A stretch of 64,000 nt of DNA from SAR202 cluster bacterium (GTDB lineage Bacteria > Chloroflexota > Dehalococcoidia > Lucifugimonadales > UBA3495), in assembly GCA_016872385.1 (NCBI GenBank), contig VGZV01000003.1:7294-71293 (forward strand). The letters run 5' to 3'. The notes under the pieces are model-generated. The model saw nothing but the letters and a program-made list of their open reading frames with translations. It was not told the DNA's origin and made no database searches. The first letter of the stretch is position 1. Each line of letters opens with the position of its first letter. Both the position numbers and the translations under genes were made by a program. Below are positions 26,826-36,070 of the stretch, piece after piece.

Positions 26826-27980
26826 ATGGCTAAGATACGATCTCCCCTGCTCCGGTGGATTGCAGTCCTTTCCCTGATGGTGGGCCTGGCGATTTGGCTG
26901 GAGGCCTGTGGCGCGGCGGCCACTCCGGAACCGCCGCAGGACACCGTATTCGCGCCCATCGAAAGCGTCAACCTGGAGTACGGCGCGGGCGCATCGGCCC
27001 AATCATTCCTGGTAATAGTCTCCGGTTTGCCCGACGGCTGCACCAAGTTTGAGAAGTACACTTTCTCCCGCAGTGGCGACACCTTCCAGGTGGCTGTGAC
27101 CAACCAGAGGCCGTCTGACCCCAACCTCGCCTGCACCCAGATTTATGGTATGGTTACGACTCGGATTCCGCTGGGACAAGACCTTGAAGCTTGCAAATTC
27201 TACACTGCGGTGGTCAATGGGAAGAGCTACCAGGTGCAGGCCATCGGCCTGGCGGTGCAGTGCAGCGCAGAACCCCCCATGTCGTCCGTTCCTGCACCTA
27301 TCGAAAGCGTCAACCTGGAGTACGGCACGGGCAGCCCTGCCCAGTCCTTCCTGGTCATCGTGTCTGGCCTGCCCGGCGGCTGCGCCAAGTTTGAAAAATA
27401 TGTCTTCTCCCGCAGTGGCGAGACCTTCCAGGTCACTGTCACTAACCAGATGCCGTCTGATCCCAACGTGGCGTGCACCAAGATTTACGGCTACGTCACC
27501 ACGCGGATTCCACTGGGATTGGATATTGAGGCCTGCAAAGTATATACGGCGGTGGTCAATGGGAAGAGTTACCAGGTGCAGGCCATTGGCCCAACCATCC
27601 GGTGCAGCGCTCCCCCTTCCACGTCCTCCATACCTACGCCAAAACCGGGGGAGGTTGAGCTGGCGCTGAAGGTGGGACAAAGCCAACGTGTCAATGACAC
27701 TGAGTTGACCCTCACTCTAGTGGAGATTGCTGGGGACTCCCGCTGTCCATCCGACGTAGTATGCGTTTGGGCGGGCGAGGCCACCGTTGTGGTGCGGGCC
27801 GCCCTGGGCGGGGAGACGAGCACTTTCAAGCTTGTGCTGGGCGCGTGCGCTGAGGGCGGCGCCAAGGCCAAGGTGGGAGAATACCAGGTGAGCCTGGTAA
27901 AGCTCGACCCCTATCCCGTGAGCGCCAAACCCATTCTGCCTACAGATTACATTGCCACGGTGCGGGTGTCCAGCGCATAA
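26826..27980 (+). CDS. Putative lipoprotein with an internally duplicated 114-aa domain plus a distinct C-terminal domain
   Basis: Signal peptide with a lipobox-like LEAC. Two tandem 342-bp repeats (APIESVNLEYG.G..AQSFLVIVSGLP.GC.KFEKY.FSRSG.TFQV.VTNQ.PSDPN.AC...YG.VTTRIPLG...EACK.YTAVVNGKSYQVQAIG). The C-terminal domain contains DSRCPSDVVCVWAG. Confidence 0.7.
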   Translation: MAKIRSPLLRWIAVLSLMVGLAIWLEACGAAATPEPPQDTVFAPIESVNLEYGAGASAQSFLVIVSGLPDGCTKFEKYTFSRSGDTFQVAVTNQRPSDPNLACTQIYGMVTTRIPLGQDLEACKFYTAVVNGKSYQVQAIGLAVQCSAEPPMSSVPAPIESVNLEYGTGSPAQSFLVIVSGLPGGCAKFEKYVFSRSGETFQVTVTNQMPSDPNVACTKIYGYVTTRIPLGLDIEACKVYTAVVNGKSYQVQAIGPTIRCSAPPSTSSIPTPKPGEVELALKVGQSQRVNDTELTLTLVEIAGDSRCPSDVVCVWAGEATVVVRAALGGETSTFKLVLGACAEGGAKAKVGEYQVSLVKLDPYPVSAKPILPTDYIATVRVSSA

Positions 27981-27992
27981 AGGCCCCAGATT

Positions 27993-28688
27993 TCATTCGC
28001 CCACCGGCGCAAATTTGTAGCCAATGGTCCGCTCGGTGAGGATGTATTTGGGGTTGGAGGGGTCTTCCTCCAGCTTTTGCCGCAGGTGCTTGATGTGCAC
28101 CTTCAAGTAATTGGTCTCTTCCAGGTACTCCCGCCCCCAGACGCGCCCCAGCAAGGTGCGGTGGGTCATTACCCGGCCCGGGTTTTTGGATAGATGGTAC
28201 AGTAGCTGGTACTCTGTGGGAGTCAGCTTGATGGACTGCCCGCTGCGGAAAACTTCCCGGCGGCCAAAGTCCACTACCAGCTCCCCAAAGTGCAGGGGCT
28301 TTTCATCCCCTTGTGCGCCAGTAGACTGGCAGCGGCGCATCACCGCCTGCACGCGGGCAATCAGTTCAATGGGCCGGAAAGGCTTGGTGATGTAATCATC
28401 GGCGCCCATCTGCAGCCCCTTCACCACGTCCGATTCTTTGTCCCGCACTGTCAGCATCATGATGGCAACGTCGGAAAAACGGCGGATTTCGTGGCACACG
28501 CTGTACCCATCGGTATCTGGCAGGCCCAAGTCCAGAATCACCAGGGTGGGGTTCTCGGTGTCTACCATCTGGATTCCCGCGTCGCCGGTAGCGGCGGAAA
28601 TTATGGTGGCGTCGGGCCACCGCATCTCGAAGGTCAGGGTGACAACTTCAATGATGTCCGGGTCGTCATCTATAACTAGCACTTTCAT
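27993..28688 (-). CDS. OmpR-family response regulator
   Basis: REC domain (MKVLVIDDDPD, LVILDLGLPDTDG) plus winged-helix domain (LTPTEYQLL, TIGYKF). Confidence 0.9.
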   Translation of the reverse strand: MKVLVIDDDPDIIEVVTLTFEMRWPDATIISAATGDAGIQMVDTENPTLVILDLGLPDTDGYSVCHEIRRFSDVAIMMLTVRDKESDVVKGLQMGADDYITKPFRPIELIARVQAVMRRCQSTGAQGDEKPLHFGELVVDFGRREVFRSGQSIKLTPTEYQLLYHLSKNPGRVMTHRTLLGRVWGREYLEETNYLKVHIKHLRQKLEEDPSNPKYILTERTIGYKFAPVGE

Positions 28689-30835
28689 AGCGGCCCCCCA
28701 ATGGCAACGAATAAGAAAACGTACTGCCTTTCCCCACCTGGCTTTCTACCCAAATGCGGCCCTCGTGCAGTTCCACCAGGTACTTGGCTATGGCTAAACC
28801 CAGCCCGCTGCTCTGTCCGGCGCCCCGGCCATCGGCTGCCTCACCGCGGTAATAGACGTTGAAAATCTTGTCCAATTCGTGCTCAGAAATGCCAGGCCCG
28901 TTATCGGTTACGCTGGTAATAATCCATGACTGTTCCACCTTGACCTGGACGAGAATATGGCCCTCAGCCTGGGTGTACTTGTTGGCGTTGGAAATCAGGT
29001 TCAGCAGTATGCGTTCGCACCGCCGCGGGTCTATCAGCACCGGCGGAACAAATTCCGGTATGTTTACTTCCAGCGTCTGGCGCTTGGCCCGGATGGCTGG
29101 ACTGGCAATGCTGATGGTCTCCTCGTACAGTTCCTTCAGATCGGTCAGCTCCAGTTCCAGCTCCAGGTTGGAGTCTTGCATCTTGGCGTAGTCCAGGGAC
29201 TCTTCCACCAGCCGTTCCAGACGCTCTACCCCGCGATTAATGCTGCGCAGCAGCCGGCCCTTGGCGCTGGAGGGCGAAGCCTCTTCCTGAATCTGGAGCA
29301 TTTCCGTGCCCGCTTTGATGGCGGTCAAGGGCGTCTTAATTTCGTGGGAGACGGTCAGCAGCAGGGTCTGCTTCAGTTTTTCCAGCTGTTCCAATTCGCT
29401 AAGGCGCTTGGCTTCCAGGGCATGCAGCCGGGCGTTTTCAATGGCGGTGGCGGTCTGGTCCACCACAGTGCGCAGCAAGTTGATTTCCGAGGCGGCGTAG
29501 TCTTCGTCCGACGGCTTTGGCCCCACCACCAGCACGCCGGTCAATTGCCCCTTGGCTTGAAGGGGAATTAACATCTCCGCCTGAAGCTCGTTCAGTCCAT
29601 TCAGGTCTTCCATATTCAGGGGGCGGAAGTGGGCCACCGAGTCCAGGTCCTTGCGGGCCAGCACGCCTTCATGGTGCCGAAGCCAGGAAAGTATGGGGCT
29701 GTCGTCCCGCAGGCGCACATTATTGGTGGTGGCCAGGCCGTTGGCTGATGCCATGCTGAAATGTGAGCCGCTGGGTTCCGGGAGAAGCAGGCAGGCGCTG
29801 TCCGCCCGAAAAGCCCGGCGCACCAGGCTGGTGAGGGCTTCGGAGAGCGTGGACAGGCTGGTGATGTCCTTGGTCTCCCGGCTAAAATGCTCCAGGATTT
29901 TCAGATGGTCATGCCGCTCCCGGTAGAGCCAGCGGTCTGCCCAGTGCTGCACTTGGGCCAACACCGGCTGGAGGGCAATGGCCACCACGGTGGCAGCAGC
30001 TATGGACGACCACAGCGCCCCAGAACCGTCGCCGGACTGGAACAGGTAGTGAAACAGCGTGAACACCCCCCCATAGACTCCGGCTATCAGGGTGCCCACC
30101 AGCGTATAGGTAACTCCGCTGCGCAGCGCCACCTTGAGCTCCATGAGCTGGTGTTTGAGCATTGCCACGGTGGTCAGGGCGGTGAAATATAGGTTGGCCA
30201 GCATCCCAAAGGGGAAAAAGAGCACGTCCTCTGGGAAGAGGAAGGCGGAGGTTACCCCCCACCAGGAACAGCCCGGCGCCTACCAGCATGTAGAGGATGC
30301 GGTTCCGCTCCTCCGGCGAGCGGATTTCGCGATACGACTGCACCAGGTTGTTAATGCCCAGCAACGTAGCGGCATGCACTGAAGTGATATACACGACGCC
30401 CAGGGCGGTAAAATGGGGCGCCCAACTGCGGTAGTCGCCCACCAGCACCACCGCCATTACGTGGTCAACTATTTGGCCGTTCAGTATCAGCGCCGAAAAA
30501 AGCCCCCATATTCCATAGGCCACTGGCAGCAGGAACCGCCGGGGTTTTATGCTGGAATACAGCGCGGAAAAGTGTAGAAACAGTACGGATACACCCAGCA
30601 CCGCAATCAGCACAAGCTCGTTCCACACCAGGGCAGTGTGGGATGCGCTGAGACGGGATACTGAGCGGACGCCAAATAATGCAAAACCCCACAGGCCCAG
30701 GGCCAGAAGGAGCAAAGCAAACACCCGGTTTCTTGGGCTGTGCCATTCCCGGCGGAGCACCAGGGAAATGAGAAAGATGTTTAACAGGAACGAGAACAGC
30801 GGCAATAGCTTGTAAAAGGTAGGGTACATTGTCAC
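28666..30835 (-). pseudogene. Sensor histidine kinase (7TM N-domain, GAF, HisKA, HATPase), interrupted by a 1-nt frameshift
   Basis: The 29909-30835 ORF is a hydrophobic 7TM region only up to MLVGAGLFLVGG. Shifting frame at the C6 run 30255-30260 reads ...LVG VTSAFLFPEDVLFFPFGMLANLYF into the 28666-30225 ORF, which has the H box SHEIKTPLT and the G boxes. Confidence 0.8.
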
Positions 30836-31038
30836 GTCTGTCCTCGCGCTTGGCCCCGGCGCTCTTTGAGCTTGTTGAGAGTTTTCTCCATTACCCCAAT
30901 GCTACCTACTCGGTACAAACCTGGGCTATGGTGTCGCCCCATGAGGTCTTCGGGTGTATGCTCCCGTAGCTACTGGATCCGACATTGAAAACCAATCAAT
31001 AGGGAAATCTTCACCCGTACCTCGGTCCTCTGAAGTAA

Positions 31039-31150
31039 GAGGGTGTGTGACAATTCCCGCTCGTGGTGAGTCCCGACGTATCGGGATCCCGACCAGGTCG
31101 GGGCTTGTCGAACCACGAGCACCTAGCCTTTTTAGACACCCTCTAAGGGG
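31039..31150. repeat. Nested hairpin-module repeat (family C type)
   Basis: About 95 bp nearly identical to 10570-10660, ending in CCTAGCCTTTTTAGACACCCTCTAAG. Confidence 0.85.
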
Positions 31151-31151
31151 T

Positions 31152-31287
31152 GTTGCCTCAAAAATCTCTGAAGTCTCTGGCCGGACTTTCGGCGTTCCGG
31201 AGAAAGCTGGAACCCATATCTGGCCTAAGCCATCTTGGGCGCTGGGCGCCGGCTTCCGCTGTTGTGACCGTCAAGTTTTGAGGCAAC
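31152..31287. mobile_element. 136-bp element with perfect 12-bp terminal inverted repeats, distantly related to MITE family A
   Basis: GTTGCCTCAAAA (31152-31163) and TTTTGAGGCAAC (31276-31287). The interior shares GTTCCGG...AAGCTGGAACCCA and GGCTTCCGC with copy 52952-53081. Confidence 0.45.
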
Positions 31288-31466
31288 GCTCCTCGATGGG
31301 AAAAAGTTAGGGTGAGGGTGGCCACGCGTTGATATACTGCCCATAAGTGGGAGGAAAGTCCAAGCGCCAGACGAAGGCAATGGCTATGCAAGGCTATGCC
31401 TTCTCAAAAATGTCCTGACGTTAACCCATTCTTGGGGGCGTCACCCAGCGAGTATGCTGCTGCCGG

Positions 31467-32207
31467 TTAGGAGGCTCCAGCAAAGCGGTAGCCGCGGCCT
31501 CGCTCGTTGAGGATCAACTTGGGGTCGTCCAAGTTATCCCCCAGTTTCTTGCGTAGCCGCTGAATGTGAGCTTTGACCAGGCCGGAGCTGTCCAGGTACT
31601 CTTCGCCCCATACCTCTTCCAGGATGGCCTGGTTGGTAAGAATCTGGCGGGGGTTGCGGATGAGGTAGCACAACAGGCGGTACTCGGTGGGTGTTAGCTT
31701 CACCAGCTTGCCTTGGGCTACCACCTGGCGGGTATCAAAGTCCACGGAAAGGTCCTTGCCAATAAATGGGCGGCTTTCCGAAGCCAGGGGGCCCACCTGC
31801 ACTCGGCGCAGCACTGCCCTGATACGCGCCAGCAGTTCCATGGCGCTGAAAGGCTTGGTCAGATAGTCGGAGGCCCCCAGTTCCAGCCCCTTCACCACGT
31901 CCACCTCCCGGTTGCGGGCCGTGACCATGATGATGGGAGTCTCAGAAACGCTGCGGATTTGCTTGCACAGGTCAAAGCCGTGGGAGTCGCCTTCAGGCAG
32001 GGCCACGTCCAGGATTATCACGTCTGGGTGGGATTTCCTTACCATCTCCAGACCTTCGGTGCCGTTGGGCGCGGTGATTACTTCGCTGCCCGGCCAGGTA
32101 GTCTCAAAGGCTACCGAGACCACTTCCCGTATTTCAGGATCGTCCTCAATTACCGCTGCAATCATCTTGGCTGCATCCCTCGGCCTCCGGCGCGTCAATG
32201 GTAACAA
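31467..32207 (-). CDS. OmpR-family response regulator without an adjacent kinase gene, located directly downstream of the glutamine synthetase genes
   Basis: REC (VIEDDPEIRE, VIILDVALPEGDSHG) plus winged helix (LTPTEYRLLCYL, RGRGYRF). The likely start is the internal MIAAVIEDD. Confidence 0.85.
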   Translation of the reverse strand: MLPLTRRRPRDAAKMIAAVIEDDPEIREVVSVAFETTWPGSEVITAPNGTEGLEMVRKSHPDVIILDVALPEGDSHGFDLCKQIRSVSETPIIMVTARNREVDVVKGLELGASDYLTKPFSAMELLARIRAVLRRVQVGPLASESRPFIGKDLSVDFDTRQVVAQGKLVKLTPTEYRLLCYLIRNPRQILTNQAILEEVWGEEYLDSSGLVKAHIQRLRKKLGDNLDDPKLILNERGRGYRFAGAS

Positions 32208-32422
32208 GAGCTGTTACTATCACTATCACACACCCGCCGGCAATACGGTAGGCCGCACCATATTCCCAAACCCAAGTCTCTCCGCCGGCAAACGGTGCAG
32301 TAACTTACGGGGAGCCGGTAGTGCGGAAAACATCGGGGAAAGCAGGGGCCGATTGCCGTGTGGCGTGAAACCAGGTCCGCCCTGGACCAATCAGGGAAGC
32401 CGTAGGGCGCAAGCTTGCGTGT

Positions 32423-33760
32423 TCACAAGATAGGCAGGTACCGGGAGATTTCGTAGTCAGTGACCGCGGCGCGGTACTGACCCCATTCGATTGTCTTGTT
32501 CTGAATCACGCTCTGGAAGATGTGATCACCCAGCGCTTCCCGCAGCATTGCACTGCCTTCAGCCAGCGCCAAGGCTTCGCCCAGTGTGGCGGGCAAGGAC
32601 TTGATGCCCCTGGTGGCGCGTTCGTCGGGGCTCATGGCAAAGACGTTGCCTTCCGTGGGAGGGAACAGGGGATATTCCTCGGTGATGCCCTTCAGCCCGG
32701 CGGCCAGCATCACGCTAAAGGCAAGGTAGGGGTTACAGGCCGGATCTGGCGCACGGTATTCGATACGCACCGAGCTTTCATAACCAGGTTTGAAGGCTGG
32801 GACACGGATAAGGTCAGCGCGGTTTACATAAGCCCAAGAGACATACACTGGGGCCTCGTAGCCCGGCACCAAACGCTTGTAAGAATTCACCCACTGGTTG
32901 GTCACCAGAGTGATTTCTGGCGCATGGCGGATTAGCCCTGAGATGTACCGGCGGGCCAGCAAGGAAAGGTGGTGTTCATCGTCCGGGTCATAAAAGGCGT
33001 TCTGGTTGCCCCTGAACAGGGATTGGTGAGTATGCATGCCGGAGCCGTTGGCTCCCGCAAAGGGTTTGGGCATGAAAGACGCATAAGCGCCTTGAAGCTG
33101 GGCCAGCTCCTTTATCGCCAGCTTGGCCGTCATCAGGTTGTCAGCCATGGTGAGGGCGTCGGTATATTGCAGGTCAATCTCGTGCTGGCTGTGGGCGGCT
33201 TCGTGGTGGGAGTATTTCACCGGAATTCCCATCTCCGCCAAGTTCAGCACCGTGTCCCGGCGCAAGTCTCCAGAGGGGTGGCTGGAAAGCTGGTCAAAGT
33301 AGCCGTCGTGGTCCAGCGGCGCGGGAGTCTGGGAGTTTTGCAGATAAAAGAACTCTACCTCAGGCCCTACATAATAGGTGAACCCCAACTGGGACAGGGC
33401 CTCCAAGTTGCGCTTCAAAGCATGGCGCGGGTCTCCCCCAAAGGGCTTGCCGTCGGGAGTGCAAATGTCGCAGAACATGCGGGCCACGGCGTTCTGCCGC
33501 GGCCGCCAGGGCAGCAGCGCAAAAGTGGAAGGGTCTGGAAAGGCACGCATGTCGCTTTCCAGGCGGCGGGCAAAACCCTCAATGGATGCGCCGTCGAATC
33601 CCACGCCCCGGTAGATGGCGTCTTCCAAGTCTTCGACACTAATGGCGAAGCCCTTTAGGTTGCCCAGAATGTCCGTGAACCACAGCCGGACGAACTTTAC
33701 ATCGTTCTCCCTGGCGCTGCGGATTACGTACTCGCTAGCGGCGGCCCGGTCACCAAGCAT
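32423..33760 (-). CDS. Glutamine synthetase, type I-alpha (Bacillus GlnA / GlnA2-like, 445 aa)
   Basis: VKFVRLWFTDILGNLKGF, FDGASIEGF, GPEVEFF and MHTHQSL motifs. The length and the absence of an adenylylation loop fit GSI-alpha. Confidence 0.85.
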   Translation of the reverse strand: MLGDRAAASEYVIRSARENDVKFVRLWFTDILGNLKGFAISVEDLEDAIYRGVGFDGASIEGFARRLESDMRAFPDPSTFALLPWRPRQNAVARMFCDICTPDGKPFGGDPRHALKRNLEALSQLGFTYYVGPEVEFFYLQNSQTPAPLDHDGYFDQLSSHPSGDLRRDTVLNLAEMGIPVKYSHHEAAHSQHEIDLQYTDALTMADNLMTAKLAIKELAQLQGAYASFMPKPFAGANGSGMHTHQSLFRGNQNAFYDPDDEHHLSLLARRYISGLIRHAPEITLVTNQWVNSYKRLVPGYEAPVYVSWAYVNRADLIRVPAFKPGYESSVRIEYRAPDPACNPYLAFSVMLAAGLKGITEEYPLFPPTEGNVFAMSPDERATRGIKSLPATLGEALALAEGSAMLREALGDHIFQSVIQNKTIEWGQYRAAVTDYEISRYLPIL

Positions 33761-33810
33761 GGAAAAGCCTCCCTGACCCTAATCCGGCCAAGGGGATTGG
33801 CGGGACACTA

Positions 33811-33854
33811 AAATCCCCCTTGCCCCCCTTTGTAAAGGGGGGTTGGGGGGATTT
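33811..33854. repeat. Nested palindrome, family D
   Basis: AAATCCCCCTTGCCCCCCTTTGTAAAGGGGGGTTGGGGGGATTT. Lies between the glnA stop and the start of the next GS gene. Confidence 0.75.
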
Positions 33855-33881
33855 CGTGACAGGTCCAAGGCCCAGCCGGGA

Positions 33882-35306
33882 CTAGGCATCGAAGTAAAGG
33901 AAGAACTCGTAGGGATGGGGCCGCAGCCGGACCGGGTCCAGTTCCCGGCTGCGCTTGTAGTCCAGCCACGTCTCAATGAGGTCGGCAGTGAACACGCCGC
34001 CCCGCAGCAAGAAATCGTGGTCGCGCTCCAGCGCATCCAGCACTTCTTGCAGGCTGCCGGGAACCTGCTTAATCTTGGCAGCCTCTGCCGGAGGCAGTTC
34101 ATACAGGTTCTTTTCCACCGGTTCCGGCGGCTCCAGTTCATTGATAATGCCGTCCAGGCCGGCCATGAGCATGGCGGCAAAGGCCAGGTAGGGGTTGCAG
34201 GACGGGTCCGGGATGCGGTACTCCAGCCGGCGGGAAGCCGGGGAGGTAAAGTATTCCGGAATGCGTATGCAGGCGCTGCGGTTGCGGGTGGAGTAGACCA
34301 GGTTGACCGGGGCCTCATAACCCGGCACCAGCCGCCGGTAGGAGTTGGTGGTGGGCGCAATTATGGCCAGCAGCGCCGGAGTGTGGGCCAGCAGCCCGCC
34401 AATGTAGTGGCGGCACATATCGCTGAGCAGGGCGTAGCCGTTGGCGTCGTAGAACAGCGGCTTGCCATTCTTCCACAGGCTCTGGTGGGTATGCATGCCG
34501 GAGCCGTTGTCCCCAAACAGGGGCTTGGGCATGAAGGTCGCCACCTTGCCGTGGGACTTGGCAACGTTCTTGACGCAGTATTTCTGGATCATGACCTTGT
34601 CGGCCATGGTGGTCAGGGTGTCAAAGCGCATGTCAATTTCGCACTGACCGGCGGTGGCCACTTCGTGGTGGTGCTTCTCCACAATGATGCCAAAGTGCTC
34701 CATCATCTGGACGCACTCAGAGCGGATGTCCTGCAAGCTGTCCGTGGGCGAGACGGGGAAGTAACCTTCTTTGAAGCGGGGGCGGTAGGCCAGGTTGCGC
34801 CCGCCGGAAATGGTGCGCTCTGCGCCGGTGTTCCAGATGCCTTCGTCGGAGTCTATAAAATAGTAGCCGCTGTTGCTGGTTTGGTCAAAACGGGCCGAAT
34901 CGAAGATGAAGTGCTCGGCCTCCGGTCCCCAGTAACTGATATCCGCCAGGCCGGTCTCCTTGAGGAACTTCTCAGCCTTTTGGGCAATGTTGCGCGGGTC
35001 ACGGGAGAAGTACTCCCGGGTGGGTTCCATGACGTTGGCGATTACCGACAGGGTGGGTATGCGGCAGAAGGGATCCACCACTGCGGTATTGGTATCGGGC
35101 ATGAGGAGCATGTCGCTCTCTTCAATGGCCTTGAAGCCACGGATGCTGGAGCCGTCAAAACCGTAGCCGTCGGCGATATTTTCCTCACTCCACTCGCTTA
35201 CCGGCAGAGACAGGTGCTGCCAGGTGCCGGGCAGGTCCGTGAACTTAAGGTCAATGATGCCAATGCCCTTGTCCTTACAAAATTGCACTGCTTCCGCTGG
35301 GGTCAT
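33882..35306 (-). CDS. glnA: Glutamine synthetase, type I-beta (474 aa)
   Basis: IIDLKFTDLPGTWQH, FDGSSIRGF, GPEAEHF and GSGMHTHQSLW motifs. The KNLYELPP loop corresponds to the adenylylation-site tyrosine region. Confidence 0.9.
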   Translation of the reverse strand: MTPAEAVQFCKDKGIGIIDLKFTDLPGTWQHLSLPVSEWSEENIADGYGFDGSSIRGFKAIEESDMLLMPDTNTAVVDPFCRIPTLSVIANVMEPTREYFSRDPRNIAQKAEKFLKETGLADISYWGPEAEHFIFDSARFDQTSNSGYYFIDSDEGIWNTGAERTISGGRNLAYRPRFKEGYFPVSPTDSLQDIRSECVQMMEHFGIIVEKHHHEVATAGQCEIDMRFDTLTTMADKVMIQKYCVKNVAKSHGKVATFMPKPLFGDNGSGMHTHQSLWKNGKPLFYDANGYALLSDMCRHYIGGLLAHTPALLAIIAPTTNSYRRLVPGYEAPVNLVYSTRNRSACIRIPEYFTSPASRRLEYRIPDPSCNPYLAFAAMLMAGLDGIINELEPPEPVEKNLYELPPAEAAKIKQVPGSLQEVLDALERDHDFLLRGGVFTADLIETWLDYKRSRELDPVRLRPHPYEFFLYFDA

Positions 35307-35438
35307 GGGTCTTGGTCCTCCTTAGCAAAGGTTAATGCTCAACAAGTGAGTTTGTGTCGCCGGCGTCAGGCGTGGAAACGTTCAAGCTAAACGCCTGGGC
35401 GCCGTCCTCCTGGGGAACTCCCAGCGGGACGGCACCAC

Positions 35439-35467
35439 ATTATACTGCCAGCGACAGCGTATTGGAA
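35439..35467 (-). promoter_or_regulatory. Candidate sigma70-type promoter upstream of glnA
   Basis: Minus strand reads TTCCAA, 17 nt, TATAAT (-35 at 35462-35467, -10 at 35439-35444), about 130 nt upstream of the glnA ATG. Confidence 0.4.
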
Positions 35468-35501
35468 TCAGCCTGTGCTGTCCTGTGACTGGGCACTCCG
35501 C

Positions 35502-35843
35502 TTACAGAGCCGCCCGGTCCAGCTCGCCGGTCCTCACCCGGATTACTCTTTCCACTGGCGAAATGAAAATCTTGCCGTCGCCAATGTTGCCTGTACGCGT
35601 GGCGTTGATGATAATGTCGCACACCTTGTCGGCGTCGGAATCGTCCACCACCATTTCCAGCTTTATTTTGGGCAGCATGTCAATCTGCACCGATTGCCCG
35701 CCCCGGCCCTGGTGGACAACGCCCCGCTGGGCGCCCCGGCCAGTTACCTGAACGGTATTCATGCCTACAAACCCGGCTTCAGTCAAAGCCTGCTTGAGCT
35801 CTTCCAGCTTTTCCGGCCGGATTATGGCCTCAATCTTCTTCAT
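35502..35843 (-). CDS. glnB: PII nitrogen regulatory protein (GlnB/GlnK family)
   Basis: MKKIEAIIRPEKLEELKQAL...TGNIGDGKIFISPVERVIRVRTGE is the canonical PII fold sequence. Its position next to amt is classic for glnK. Confidence 0.9.
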   Translation of the reverse strand: MKKIEAIIRPEKLEELKQALTEAGFVGMNTVQVTGRGAQRGVVHQGRGGQSVQIDMLPKIKLEMVVDDSDADKVCDIIINATRTGNIGDGKIFISPVERVIRVRTGELDRAAL

Positions 35844-35892
35844 TGGATCACCTCTCTATGGGCGGCTGACGCCGTGGTGTATCTGCCCAGCC

Positions 35893-36015
35893 CTAGCTGG
35901 CAGTGCGGGTGCCGCCGGTCTTGTTGGCAGTGGACTTGCGGTCGCACAGGGGCTCAATCACTATCCAGGTAATCACCATGCCCAGGAACACCACGGTGCT
36001 GATGATCTCAAACAT
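35893..36015 (-). CDS. Candidate small membrane protein (40 aa) between amt and glnB
   Basis: ATG preceded by GAAGGAGAGG with about 5-nt spacing. Encodes MFEIISTVVFLGMVITWIVIEPLCDRKSTANKTGGTRTAS (one hydrophobic helix plus a polar tail). Below the ORF-track size cutoff. Confidence 0.4.
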   Translation of the reverse strand: MFEIISTVVFLGMVITWIVIEPLCDRKSTANKTGGTRTAS

Positions 36016-36070
36016 GACGCCTCTCCTTCAAATTCGCGTTGTCCCAAGGTTCCAGGGATGCTAAAGCCTG

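Noticed and set aside
31345-31362. GGGAGGAAAGTCC, reminiscent of the universally conserved RNase P RNA P4 segment
   Set aside because: Only this short string matches. The flanking 300 nt lack the other conserved RNase P elements (for example the ACAGAA..., GGTAA.GGTGAAA and AGAACCCGGCTTA-type regions), and the region is too short between repeats and the next gene.
35365-35400. GGAAAC...CTAAAC half-site-like repeats and a CAGGCGT/ACGCCTG hairpin upstream of glnA, as a possible GlnR box
   Set aside because: The half-site spacing (13-nt period) does not fit the 11-nt periodicity of GlnR-type boxes. The hairpin is as likely to be a PII-gene terminator remnant.
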